A stretch of DNA of 63,392 nucleotides, filler included, from Octopus bimaculoides (Eukaryota): assembly GCF_001194135.2 (NCBI RefSeq). It is 7 parts of 6 records of this genome, joined end to end, with 100 filler letters (N's around TTAATTAATTAA, not from the genome) between each part and the next. Parts side by side here need not be neighbours in the genome. Positions count along the whole stretch, not along the records: positions 47,212 to 51,936 come from NC_068999.1; positions 52,037 to 59,329 come from NC_068981.1; positions 59,430 to 63,392 come from NC_068982.1; 4 more parts are not named here. The stretch is one strand, 5' to 3'. This document shows positions 48,950 to 62,252 of the stretch, in pieces; positions within the stretch are counted from its first letter, which is position 1; each line of letters begins with the position of its first letter. A model generated the notes under the pieces. The model had not been told where the DNA came from, ran no database searches, and saw nothing but the letters and a program-made list of their open reading frames with translations. Both the position numbers and the translations under genes were made by a program.

Positions 48950-49850
48950 AAAACCGCTCTCAGACTGGTCGTTAAGGAGGTCAGTTTTGTATAATGAGAG
49001 CAATTCACGTGGTTAAAGACGCTGCAAACTTTCAGTTTGAAGTGCTAAATTGTAAGGAAGAGTACTCGACCAAGTTGCATTTCCATCGACAACGGACATT
49101 ATTCTGCATTAATTCGTAGTCGAGAATTTATCCGATATATGTCGGCTGGACCGGAATGGACAGCCGCTTGAAAACTTCTCCAGAAGGACTATCTACCTCT
49201 GACAACGGTTTTGTGATAACATAAATTTTCTCATAAGAGATATTGCGATTCATTTCAGCTTCTGAAAATTTCAGATAATTTCACAGTTAAGACGAAGTTT
49301 AGAGTTATGTTACCCTTTGGAATATAGAGTAGCCCCATCAACGATGTTCAAAGTTACAGTTGGCATTCATATATTTTGGCTCCTGAACTTCCAGATATAT
49401 CGGTACAGAGAAGTGGCGTTTCCTCCTTTCTAGCCCTTAAGGAGTACAGTTGTTGGTTGTATCGGTCATTGAAGTTGATAACGATGAGCGCCGTGAAATT
49501 CCTTTAGGTACGATCAGATGGAGAAATGGTTGGATTTTAAAAATTTCTGGATGTGTTTTGGAAAGGGGCTGCATTCATGTGTGTTTTCAATTGTAGTATT
49601 TGATGATGAAAGCAGTGTTGTCTAGGAACGGATAGCTAACGCTTACATTATGTGCAGTGAACAACTTCCTGTGTTTGTACGTCAGTTGGAAAGCCTATCT
49701 TTGCAGGAAACAGGTTAAGCTTAAACGTATTCGTGAATATCGCTAGCCATGAGACACAATTTCGCCAGATTCTTGAATACAAAACATATTATTTTATTGA
49801 TAAACATAAAGATTATCCAGGCAATCTTCCTTATAATCCTGTAGTACCGA
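48950..49850 (-). pseudogene. Heavily decayed cadherin/protocadherin-like coding remnant
   Basis: Motif fragments in different frames, in plausible order: FCIQESGEIV, IENT, ALIVINFNDRYNQQLYSLRARKEETP, TLNIVDG, ILDYELMQ, VVDGNATWSSTL. Confidence 0.45.
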
Positions 49851-49971
49851 GTTAGGTTATACAACATTTTTGACATTTGACCTGCTTTAAGAAGTAAGAG
49901 TTACCCCAAACTGACATTCCATTAAGAAAAAGACACCAGGACATGTGTATTTGTGTCTATATGTGTGTATT

Positions 49972-50023
<52 letters not shown>

Positions 50024-50153
50024 ATATATATATTTATATATATGTGTGTGTGTGTGTGAGTGTGTATACATACTTTATATATATATATATATNNNNNNNN
50101 NNNNNNNNNNNNNNNNNNNNNNNNNNNNNNNNNNNNNNNNNNNNNNNNNNNNN

Positions 50154-50218
<65 letters not shown>

Positions 50219-50603
50219 GTATGTATATGTATGTAAGTACAGTACTCGCGCTTATCCTCCGTTCCTCTCTGCAAAGATTAACGCCTTCCTTCCCTCCGCA
50301 CACATACGTTCATGTGTCTACATCTGCTACATCATTGACCGCGACCTAGAGAAATAATTTTACAATAATAACATAACACAATATCTATAATATATAGGAA
50401 TTTATTATTTTCTTGTCTCATCACAATTTACACCAATCAATTTCCTTGTCACGGATCTCACATTGTCCTATACAACCAGCTTTCTCAACTCAACCTCCAT
50501 TTCCAACATATCCCGTTCTTTCTCTCTTTCACTAAACTTTCTCCTTTGCCTCTTTCACTATGTCCATACATATGTGTGTATGTGTGCGTGTGTATACATA
50601 CAA

Positions 50604-50654
<51 letters not shown>

Positions 50655-50868
50655 GAGAGAAATACATATATACATATAAAAACGTATATACATATACATA
50701 CATATACATATATATGTGTATATATATATGTGTATATGTGTATATATGTATATATGTATGCACACACGTATATATATGTATATAACACATACATACATAT
50801 ATGTCTGTATGCTTTATATGTACATACACATAAATACATACATATATACATATGTATATGTATATAGG

Positions 50869-50912
<44 letters not shown>

Positions 50913-51126
50913 GAGAGAAATACATATATACATATAAAAACGTATATACATATACATACATATACATATATATGTGTATATATATATGTGTATATGTGTA
51001 TATATGTATATATGTATGCACACACGTATATATATGTATATAACACATACATACATATATGTCTGTATGCTTTATATGTACATACACATAAATACATACA
51101 TATATACATATGTATATGTATATAGG

Positions 51127-51195
<69 letters not shown>

Positions 51196-51449
51196 ATATT
51201 CGTCTGTATGTTGTATATACATGCAGATATAAATATATACATACATACACATACATATATACATACATATAATAAATATAATACATACATACATATATAC
51301 GTATGTATGTATTATGTATTTATGCATATATGTATATATATATATGTATGTATGTATACATGTATGTATCACCTATGTGTATCCGACACATCATTCTTTC
51401 CCATCACACAATATGAACATTTCATCTAATATATATTCTTATTCTATCT

Positions 51450-51910
51450 ATATTTGACTCGTCATATTGTTATGAACCAATGTATCAATCATTTCTCCCA
51501 CACCAAATTTCCTTTCAAACAATATTAATATGATATTTCACTTTGCCGTCGCCATATTTCCACGATATCTAGTAATATCTAACTTCACTGTCAAATATCT
51601 ACGACTATCACATCACTATTTTCTCCCTTGGTTGGCGCTATCAATTGTTCCAATGCTACTCCAGATGCTTTTGGGTGCCAGCCATACCCATTTTCCCCTC
51701 TCCTTGGTGAGGTGAAACACAGAAGGATCTCAGTACTGAGCCCTGTCCAATCGTTAATGGATCAGGAATTATTTATGTGTCCTTTATTCGCCCTTCTTTA
51801 ACTGTGCTCTACACAAGGTATTTGACCAGGGAGTCGTAACTGGAGATTTTTCGGCACTTTACTGCGACAAGGAATGGCTGTTGCCTGCCATTTAGATTTT
51901 GCAGGACTGA
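51450..51910 (-). pseudogene. Possible decayed cadherin-like remnant
   Basis: Fragments TVKEGRIKDT, ENSDVIVVDI and GDGKVKYHI...GEMI; weak, read by eye only. Confidence 0.3.
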
Positions 51911-52378
51911 TGCTGGAAGTATATATATATATATATNNNNNNNNNNNNNNNNNNNNNNNNNNNNNNNNNNNNNNNNNNNNTTAATTAATTAANNNNNNNN
52001 NNNNNNNNNNNNNNNNNNNNNNNNNNNNNNNNNNNNTATATATATATATAAAAATACATATATGGGTAAATGTGTGTGTGTGTATGTGTGTGCGTCCCTG
52101 TAACTCTAGCGTTTCGGCAAAAGTGTTCGATGGAATAAGTATTAGACATTGAAAAAAGCAAAAAAAAAAAAAATGAGAAAGAGAATATAGAAAGAAAAAA
52201 CATAAACACTGGGGTCGATTTGATCGACTGATCCATTCAAGGTGGTGCTTCAGCATGGCCGTAGTCAAATGACTGGATCAAGTAAAAGAGTAAAAGAATA
52301 AAAAATGGGATTAGGCTCGACTTCTGTAGGAATTAAGCATAGAAAAGATGCAGTGACATTACTTCACAGAGAACTAAC

Positions 52379-52444
52379 CTCGTAATGCAAAGACCCCGCC
52401 CATATATTCTTATATAAACGATGAAAGCAATAAACGCCTGGCAT
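52379..52444 (-). CDS. Candidate first coding exon of an unidentified gene (MPGVYCFHRLYKNIWAGSLHYE)
   Basis: ATG in accaatATG context after in-frame stops, ending at donor GAG|gttagt, about 320 bp downstream of an X-box. Confidence 0.3.
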
Positions 52445-52762
52445 ATTGGTAATTCACTATTTGCCCATTTTATCTTTGTATTCGGTTTGTAAACCATCAC
52501 TCCTATATTATTGCCTCTTCGCGCTTGGTTTTTCATCTTGCGATCTAGCTCGAAACCACCATCAGTACAAGCGGTACCCACTTCATAAACATCTTCGCCA
52601 TCTTCGTTTTCGTAGTCGTTTTCCTCCTCCAAACCACCACCACAACCGTCACCATCATCATCGTCATTATCATCACCACCAGTAGCAGCATCCTCTTTTT
52701 TAATTCTTTGTCTTTTATTTCTTTTCCTTTTCCCTTAAGTGTGCCAAGTCGTGCAGAAAACG

Positions 52763-52776
52763 GTTGCTATGGTTAC
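52763..52776 (-). promoter_or_regulatory. RFX X-box
   Basis: GTAACCATAGCAAC on the minus strand fits the GTHNYY-AT-RRNAAC consensus exactly. Confidence 0.5.
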
Positions 52777-53033
52777 ATACACCGCATTAAAAGAAAATCG
52801 ATCGAAATTCATTTTTGTAACCGTTAGAGAGAGTGAAAAACAATGTGAGAAACAAAGAGAGGAAGAGAGGGAGAGAGAAAGAGAGAGAGAGAAAGAAAAG
52901 AGAGAAAGAGGGGAGATAAAGAGAGAGAGGAAGAAATATAGTGTGCGTAAAGTATTTTATATAAAAAATATCTTTTATCTAAAACAAAACTAAATGCAAA
53001 ATATGTCAAATTATGAGGTGTATAATAATAATG

Positions 53034-53093
<60 letters not shown>

Positions 53094-53374
53094 TATGCGT
53101 CAAAGATGCAATTATGTTACAATGCAAGAAAAAATCGTCAAAGTAAATGGAAACTGCTAAAATATACTAAAGTATTATAAAAGGACAAAATATACTAAAG
53201 TGTTATAAAAGGACAAGATTTAGCCAAAGCTACAAAACCTTTATCAATCAAATATACAAGTAGAAGGAAGGTTAAACGTCGTGGAGCAACTTTTCTTCCA
53301 GCTTTTTACGCTCTAAGATCAAATCTCTCTGGAGTTACTTTGCATTTCATTCCTCCGGTACCGATAAAATATAC

Positions 53375-53560
53375 TTTTCTGCTCTAGGCACAAGGCCCGA
53401 AATTTTGGGGGAGCAGGCTAGTCGATTAGATGAACCCCTGTACGCAAGGATGAAAAGCAAAGTCGACCTCGGCGGAATTATAACTTAGAACGTAAAGACA
53501 GACGAAATACAGCTAAGCATTTCGCCCGGCGTGCTAACGTTTCTGCCATCCCGCTGCCTT
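53375..53560 (-). mobile_element. SINE (family A)
   Basis: ggcacaaggcccgaaattttgggg...ggatgaaaagcaaagtcgacctcggcgg...cggcgtgctaacgtttctgcc. Confidence 0.85.
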
Positions 53561-54632
53561 TAGATTGTGAATAATCGAGAGAAATACGAACGTCAGCACA
53601 GTCTCTTTTCTGCTTCTTCAAAATTTTTGATCTTGCATTTCAGTCTAAAATATGTGAAGTTGTAGTTTAGATGCAGGTTAGCCCCGATTCGACACAGCTT
53701 TGATTAAAGGCATTCTTGATGAGCAAACCTATAATCAAAGGCGTTCCAGACGTCAGTAGATTTCTGATCAATACCCATCCAGTGTTATTTACTTATCTTG
53801 GAATTATACATCATTCAATGTATTTTGCATTTTTTCTTTGATGGCAACTTGTAGGTTGTAAGAGATTTAGCTACTATTTCTAGTAAGTCGAGAGGACTGC
53901 GAAGATGACCTCTCGTTGGATCGAAGTATTATGGAACGTGTAAGATGATAATAAATAGGTCATAGAAGAAGACTCTCTGAAAATGAAATTCCCTTGCCAA
54001 ATCGAAACAAATTCATTTAGCTGAGACATTTAATACTTCTTAAGGCAACTCATTGAGAAAAGCGCAGAAGAAGATACTATCAATCTCTATCCATATGAAT
54101 ACACATGTATATATTTAGAATCTGATCGATGTTTGTGGAAAATGTCATAGACATTTTCGCTTAGAGAAACGTTTACTTTCTTTCCATTTGGGGATTTCCC
54201 CATTCGTAAATCAGAAAATGTTATGATAATTCATGAAATAATTTGCTGAAACGAACATGAGTAAAAGCAGAATAAACCATCACAAAACTTCTTCCTGTCA
54301 TAGCTATTAGCTAAATTATGGATCATTGCACCGGATCTGTTCAAAATATTGCTGTTCTTAGAATTATTGGGTGTGTATTTAATCAGTTATTGAATCAATG
54401 GTAGGGATACTTGTCTGTAGAATTTTAATTCAGAAGTAACTTCCAATCAAAATGATGAAAGTTTTCTTTTTAAAAGCTCTCACCAAATATTTAAGATGAT
54501 GATATAGTCGACAGGATTGACTTCTTGTATTATATATTTATAAATTATTGACTTCGGAGAAGAGGTATGAAAGCAGAATAGTGATTTTGTCACTATTGTG
54601 ACTATCGTTAACACATATTTTAAGATCAGAAG

Positions 54633-54854
54633 TACGAAGGGACGCTGAGAAGTTCATGGTTTTAAAAGTATCGCGAAAAGCCTGACTGGAAGTCCAACTT
54701 TTCGAGTTCTTTTACAGGGCTTAGAAAAAATTGAAGGTCAGCTGCAATAAGTGCGTGAATCTGAGAGGGAAAAATGTTGAATAAATTCATAATTAACTAA
54801 TCTTCTTGTATTTTCTTTTACCCAAAGCCAGGAACTTTCCAGCACTCCCTCGTA
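54633..54854 (+). mobile_element. Mariner-derived MITE with TA ends
   Basis: TIRs tacgaagggacgctgagaagttcatggtttt / aaagccaggaactttccagcactccctcgta; retains the transposase tail CNKCVNLRGKNVE*. Confidence 0.85.
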
Positions 54855-55249
54855 GGATGATATTGTAGCTTTCATGAGTTTTCCATCTTATAAATTAGTG
54901 TAAGAAAATTGAAATGTTACACAACTGAGAATAGAAATGGAAATTGAATTGCCGTTAGGATAGTATCTGTTGCTCTTTGAACTCTTAAATATAAAACTGC
55001 CCATTCAGCAGAATTTATAGAATGTTCGCTAGAAAATGAACATATGATAATAGGTTCTGTTACATTAAGTACAAAGGCCCTTTATACCTTTATATTCACA
55101 ATGATGGGCTTTTGGTCTCAAATTCCTTCTGAGTTAACACACTATGCTCGAGCCTAGCTTCTCACTTTCCTCTGCCTCACCGAACCCTCCCCCAGTTTCA
55201 ATTGCTTCTCTTTCACGAAGGAACTGTATAAGCAATTTACTGGAATGTT

Positions 55250-55740
55250 TATAAGGACTAGGATGGAATTCAGCAACACCAAAATCTTGGACGCTTACTT
55301 TAACGTCCAGAACTCCGTCACCATCTCTGAAGTCATCCCAAAGCTTACAGTCGTTACATCGATAAATGTATGTGTCGCCATTTTTACTGCCATCTCACCT
55401 TCTTCATTTCGATCCTGCTTCATTTAATTCCTTCCACTATCTCCATATGACAAATTCTATCAACTTTTTACGGATCTCCATTTTTACAGACCGCTCCATC
55501 ATCCATTACCTGTGTGTACTCCTTCTCCAGCTGTTACATTTATAATATTTCGCAAAACATCTCTATCCCACATGGATACGCTCTTTTCAGGTTACGGACG
55601 TTTTCATTGGATCTCCAACAATGCCACCTACTGTATAAGATGCCACTAATATGTTGTCCGACACTGATTTTTCAAGCCGCTTTCGCCTGAATCGAGATAT
55701 TGGTAGTTTCACGCAACAAAATATGATTTTAAATTAATCT
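55250..55740 (+). pseudogene. Possible decayed cadherin-like remnant
   Basis: NSVTISEVIP, ALFQVTDV and SRFRLNRDIGSF fragments; weak. Confidence 0.25.
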
Positions 55741-58070
55741 ATGACAACTGCTAATCTAACCGACTTGCTTGCCTCAAATTCATTACACAAGGTTAGATGT
55801 TACACGTACACTCCCACTAACACACAAATCTTCGTTTATCTGCCCATTCTTCGCTTTCACATATATTGAAATACTTTGTCCGTACTACTTACACGTTATT
55901 ATATCCTATTCACGTCTCGTTCTCACCAGTCACGTTTTCTCATTCTGAAATATTTTCCCTTCTGATTAATTGGGTTTGCATTTTATTTTTTTATATCACA
56001 CTATTCTGTTATGTTAATATTAAATATGTTACTTTTTCTCTTAGAATTATAATTCTCTACTCTCAGATCATACTACGCTTAATCCTTTCAGCGCATACAT
56101 ATCTGACTTTGCCCTCCAAATTGCACTCTATGTCTTGAGTAACTATTAACTCTGCTAACTTCCTGTTTGTTATTGGTCAGCAATGTATATTCTATGATAA
56201 CAGCATTTTGCGCTCTTCACTTCAAACATTGACTTTTCTTTCTTTTTTCTCTCCATCTATCCTGACAAATGACACTTATCCAAAACATTAGTATATCTTC
56301 ATTTCTTTCGCAGCATTATACACTGCATTTGTACAATTTATTTATTTATTTATTTATTTTGCTCCCACCTTTTTACTCGTGATCTACTCTTCATATATAT
56401 TTATCACACTGACACAGACGAAGATCAGATTTACCGACATAGGATTTCTCTGAATACATTTAAACATGTTATAGAAATAAAAAAAAATTCTTAGTTCTAC
56501 TGACAGCAAAGGATTAAATATCGAAAGGAAAAAGTACTGAAATACAAATAAAAATGTGGTGAACTTCAAGGAATAAAATTATGTGTTTCAAAACTTGTTC
56601 TAGTTATTGCACTCTTTTATTTAGAAACAATTTTTCAACATGGCGTTACTATGATTCGGCAAAAGTAAACACATCACTTTTATATATGCATAAATACGCA
56701 CACAGAAGTGAAGACACTACATTACACTACAACTGTAATGATCATTTTGATTGCCAATATATAAACAAACACAAATTTTGACACATTTTTTTATTATACT
56801 TTAGGCTATTGTTTACAATTTACGTGTGTTGGTGGTAAATACTCGATATTGTTTATTTACTTATTCGTATTTAACAGTCTATTGTTATGGTTGGTATTGC
56901 TTTTGTGATTGTGACTAGCAAGCAGTTTATTATACGATTACATTTAAATTCATTTCAAAAATTGATATTTATATAGGTGTCAAAAATAATGTATAGATGT
57001 CGCTAGCGTATCGACTACCCCTTTTGTTTCCAGAGTGTACAGCCCGCCTACTGAAATAAAACAATTGACGTTGCTAGCGTATCTACCACTATTTTTGTTT
57101 TCAGAGTGTATAGCCCGCCTACTGAAATAAAACAATTGACAATTGTGTATGTTCTGCATCAAGAAAAAATTTAATACACATGGCTGACAGGATTTCTTGA
57201 TACTTTCCGGCTTCATAACATAATTGTTTCAAATGTAAATAACTAACTTTGCTTTAATCTCTCCATACTATGTTAAATAAATATTAGTAACACATTGAAA
57301 TCGACGCAGTTGGTTATATGTCATTATTTCTCTGTTTGACGAACTCAACATATTATCAGACATTTCCAGAAGTCTTCCTCCACCACCCAGCACAATTGTA
57401 AAAATCGTAGGAGAGATGTCTTTGTGTAATTCTGTTACCAATGATACAAGCCGAAAGAAAAAAATAAAACCATGATAAAAAATGAAAAAGAACAAAAATA
57501 TTTCTAAAATTCTATTTTTAATAAGTTTTCACTCCTTGCATATCCTCTCACAGGAAATATTTCATTATTAGATACAATTTTACTTTATTTCTTAGAACTC
57601 ACAGTTATTTTAAAAGAATCATCTTATAAACAACCGATACTAAATATTCATTGATTCTTAATTTAATCACCCTCAGTAGAACCTGAAATTAAAAGTATTA
57701 ACTTGTATCTTATTTGATTTTTCTTTTATGAAAGAATGATTTCCAAAAAACAACAACAAAAAAGTAAAAATTCCTATCGTTCTATCTTCTTTGATTTCGA
57801 ATTCCTTAATCTAAGAACGCTTATTTTCTGTTAATCTTATAAAGATGATTGCAGTTGTAAAACCAGAGAATAAACATAATAAAGTCATTAGAGATTTCAT
57901 AGTCAGCGAAAACAAATGCCTGATAGGAAGAGTGCAGTAGGATGAAAACACTGTGTCGACCTGTGTATGTAATTATTTTCAAGTCTTTCAAAGATAAGGT
58001 AAACAAATCTGGTCAAACATATCACCGAATGCTTAAAAGTCTGATTGAAAATGATATCACNNNNNNNNNN

Positions 58071-58225
58071 ATGATTTTATTCAACATATTCTCCTTTCAG
58101 ATTCCCACATCTATTGCAGTGGTCCTTCACTTTTTCTAAACCCTGTAAAAGCACTCACTAGTTTACACCTCCAGCCAGGCCTTTCGCGACACCCTTAAAC
58201 CAATAACTTTTCGGCAACACCTCGT
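58071..58225 (-). mobile_element. Second copy of the mariner-derived MITE (inverted, cut by a gap)
   Basis: Reverse-complement similarity to 54633-54800, ending in aaccaataacttttcggcaacacctcgta. Confidence 0.75.
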
Positions 58226-58271
58226 AGATAGCTATCACGTTATAGTCATTGTGCTATTAATAAACGCACAA

Positions 58272-58495
58272 GTACTGAAATGGCAGAATCGTTAGCACGC
58301 TGGGCAAATTGCTTAGCAAAGTTTCTCTCGTCTTTACGTCGTGAGTTCAAATTCTGCCGGTCGACTTTGCCTTTCATCCTCTCAGGATCGATGAAATAAG
58401 TACCAGTTACGGACTGGGGATCGATGTAATTGACTATCCTCCTTCCCCAAATTCCAGGCCTTATTAGAAAGTATTATTATTATTATTATTATTAC
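58272..58495 (+). mobile_element. SINE (family A)
   Basis: tggcagaatcgttagcacgc...gagttcaaattctgcc...gaaataagtaccag, (TTA)n tail. Confidence 0.85.
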
Positions 58496-58689
58496 ACAGG
58501 ATTACAGAAACATATTTTGTAAGTTCTTTTAGTTTTTTCAACTGGTTTAGAACAATTTTGCACCACTGAAAACGACATTCATTTCTCTCAATCAGGTCAG
58601 GTTTCTATGTTAAGTTGATTTTTAAAATATCCGATCTTCTGACTAAACAGCTAAAAGCAATTAGATAATAATTTTGTTGTTGACCAGTG

Positions 58690-59329
58690 TTATTATTATT
58701 ATTATTATTACTATTATTATGGTTATTATTATTATTTTATGTTTGACTTTTGTTTTGCATTTGTACAAGTTGGATCCAAGTCTCACCCAGAGACCTCAAG
58801 AAACAACAAGTTAGAAGTTCATGTAGGTTTTATGCCTAGGGTACCATATATTTGAATTTGTACAGTGTTCTAGAGAATGTTTAAGACACCATAAAAAAAT
58901 TATGTGTTTGTTTTAAAATTTGAGATCACATAGACAGTATTTTATGTAGCATATAGGCAGTTCCCATGAGCACTATCTTTTGAACTTCAGCCATTTTGGG
59001 GTTTCCTGGTATCTGAGCTAGGTAGTAATCAGCCCGTTTCGCTGTCATACCCAGGGTACCTATGACAATAGGTATTGTTTTCGTCTTCAGATTCCACATT
59101 TTGCTAATTTCTATTTCAAGATCTTTATATTTGCTCAGTTTTTGGTAGGTCTTGACAGGTAAGTTTATATCAATTGGGACATTCATATTAATGAGGAGGC
59201 ATGATTTTTGTCTGAAGTCTTTCAGTATGATGTCTGGCCTATTTGCATCTATCTTTCTGTCAGTTTGAATGGTGAAGTTCCAGAGGAGTGTGATGTGATT
59301 GTTTTCAAGTACTGGGGGTGGTTTGTGTT
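58690..59329 (-). mobile_element. R4/Dong-like LINE 3' end (RLE endonuclease region, 3' UTR, (AAT)n tail)
   Basis: ANRPDIILKD...LLINMNVP...KLSKYKDLEIEISKMWNLKTKTIPIVIGTLG...VQKIVLMGTAYMLHKILSM*. Confidence 0.85.
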
Positions 59330-60408
59330 NNNNNNNNNNNNNNNNNNNNNNNNNNNNNNNNNNNNNNNNNNNNTTAATTAATTAANNNNNNNNNNNNNNN
59401 NNNNNNNNNNNNNNNNNNNNNNNNNNNNNATATATATATATTTGAAATGAGAAGGAGCGAGAGAGACAAGTACATGAATACAATTTGCGGCATTAATGTT
59501 GAGAGGTTATCATAGTTTCCTTGTTGAATTTTATGCTTTTTCTATATCCGTATGTTTGAGTATGTTTCTCTTCATTTATTTGTATTGCTTAATGTTTTCG
59601 TGCGTGCTTGTATGAATTATCACTCTCTGTACTTCTAATCGTTTTCAGCATATCCCTTTTTATATACAGTTTATGGTATGACGGTATTATCTATGAATAT
59701 GATTGATGGTATCATTTATTTATTGCAATTAATACGATAACCTTTAGCAAAGCAATGGAGCTTGTCATTGTTTAAAACATCTGCGCATATATTTCGCTGC
59801 AATCCGATAAGTTAGTCATTTGTAATATTTGAGTATGCACGCATTCTCTGTAGCAATGCCCATGATGTACAAATATGAAGACTAGCATAATCGGGGGAAA
59901 AATACTGTATATAGATAGTGTTGACACGAATGAAGCCCGCATTTTATTCTGACAAACACTACATGTAATTTGACATGTTCCTTAGATACTTCTCTTAATA
60001 TTCTTTTTAAGGTACAAGGTCATTCATAAGAAATTGACAGATTCTATTGAATCTATTCTAATACTTTGCAATTACTTCTGGTATTGCCTTCGGTGCTGTG
60101 TACGTAGCAGTTTGAAATCAGATTTCTGTAGGAATACAAATATAGTAAAGCACTTTGTAAGATATTCTGTTATTGTGAGATTAATAATTATAGTAAATAA
60201 TAACGTATACGTAAAATTATATATAAATTTTTTTCCAGTCATTTTCACTGCGGTCGTACTGGACACTACCTTGGACGAATTTTTTACCGAATAAATCGAC
60301 CCTAATCGACCCTAATCGTTGTAAGCCTAGCACTTATTTTGACAACCGCTAATTTACGGGGACGTAATCTCACCAATACTGATTGGCAAGAGAAAGTGGA
60401 GGCCAAAT

Positions 60409-60439
<31 letters not shown>

Positions 60440-62252
60440 CACACACACACACNNNNNNNNNNNNNNNNNNNNNNNNNNNNNNNNNNNNNNNNNNNNNNNN
60501 NNNNNNNNNNNNNNNNNNNNNNNNNNNNNNNNNNNNNNNNNNNNNNNNNNNNNNNNNNNNNNNNNNNNNNNNNNNNNNNNNNNNNNNNNNNNNNNNNNNN
60601 NNNNNNNNNNTATATATATATATATTGATATATGCGATGGGCTTCTTTCAGTTTCCTTCTACCAGATTCACTAAAATGGTTTTGATCGGCCCGAGACAAT
60701 AGTGAAAACATAGTTGCTTAAGGTACCGCTCAGTGGGGCAGAATCCGTGACCATATGATTGGAAAGCAAGCTTCTTACCACACAGCCACATGTAAACATA
60801 TAAGAAATTATTTAATACAATAACGATTAATATAAATGAAATTTTAAAAAATGAGGACCAGTATAGGAGCAAAATATTATGACCATTACCTTGGAAACAT
60901 TTGCTTCTAAATTGACAAAAGGTAAAACATTTTGGAAGAGAGTAGAAATTATAAACTGACCACAGTTCTTAACTGATATTATTTTATCACCGTAAAGTAC
61001 AAAGTCGATTGAGGCAACCTTTAAATTTAAAATTGAAAGGTATGTAACTACATATAGAAAAGAATGAATTTCCTTTGCCGCGCTCAATCAATAATTTCAG
61101 ACTTAGGCAGATAGCCTTTGCTAAAAATCATTAACAGTTCTTGCCAGCGTTCTGTGACCAATATACTTCACCAAGACATAAACTTACAATAAACTAACGC
61201 TATAGTTAAGCTGAACTCAATGTGTTATGCAAAACCAAAGCCACTGTGTAAACGACCAGTTTCATTAGCTTGAAACGCTAATGATAAATATTCCTATATG
61301 TATAGACTGGGAATTACTGGGCTGTGCATGATACACCGTACTAGCATTAAAATGACAATAAGGCTAATAAATTCAGGCTTTTATTAATGTTCTCAGACAC
61401 ATAGACCCATGTACACACATTGTTGTATTTCCGGTTCCAAAGACTGAGCGAATCACAAATGAAAGCAGAGTGCACAATATACAAACGGGATTGGAAATAT
61501 TTATTTCTAAAGAAGATTGTCTTAACAAAATTAATGTTGTTCCATTCTCCTTAAAATGGCCCTTAGACGAAGTCCAAGAAAGAAATTCTCCTAAACTTTA
61601 TGGTAAAACCAAGGGCCTTAAACTTGATAAGCATACACGTAATCATGTATACAAACAAACGCAAGCAAGCACGCACACGCACACAGACATATATATACAG
61701 AAAGAGAGAGAGAGAGAGAGTACAGATAAAATTGTGTCTGATGACGTAATGTAATAGTATTATTATCATATATATATATATATATATATCATATATATAT
61801 ATATGAACGATATCAATGTGATATAAAAGGTATCATAGATATCTATGAATATAAAATATTTTGGAGATGTGAAAAGCCATGTCAAAATACTCTATACTGT
61901 TGCACCTGGTCCCTCGGCCAACCAGCACAGTTGTGCATTATGCAACAGAATGTGCAAATCTTTGGCGGAGCTCAAGAGTCATACAAGCGACTCACATTGC
62001 ATTATCATAAACCTCACATATACCTCGCACGACACACACACGCAACACACGCAACACACACATTCACACGCACTTGCACACGCATGCACACATATGCACA
62101 CACACAGAAATGCACGTGCGTTTTTAAATTTTGGAATCTATTTTTTCGAGATTTCTATGTTTGAACTATTTTGGAATACATTTTGTTTTTTGTTTTTTTG
62201 GTTTTTTTCTAGTTAAGTTTATTTAATTTTTGTTTATTTTAAGATCATTAAA

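Noticed and set aside
50590-51150. ~258-bp tandem duplication of a microsatellite mosaic (similar case at 31770-32015)
   Set aside because: Low-complexity and, for the second case, gap-adjacent; cannot be told apart from assembly duplication.
52105-52140. Half hammerhead (CCGAAACGCTA on the minus strand)
   Set aside because: No CUGANGA box within range.
53977-54014. CTGAAAA...CGAAAC hammerhead-like spacing
   Set aside because: Core mismatch and no stem II pairing.
57002-57140. 71-bp direct tandem duplication
   Set aside because: A simple two-copy local duplication with no further structure.
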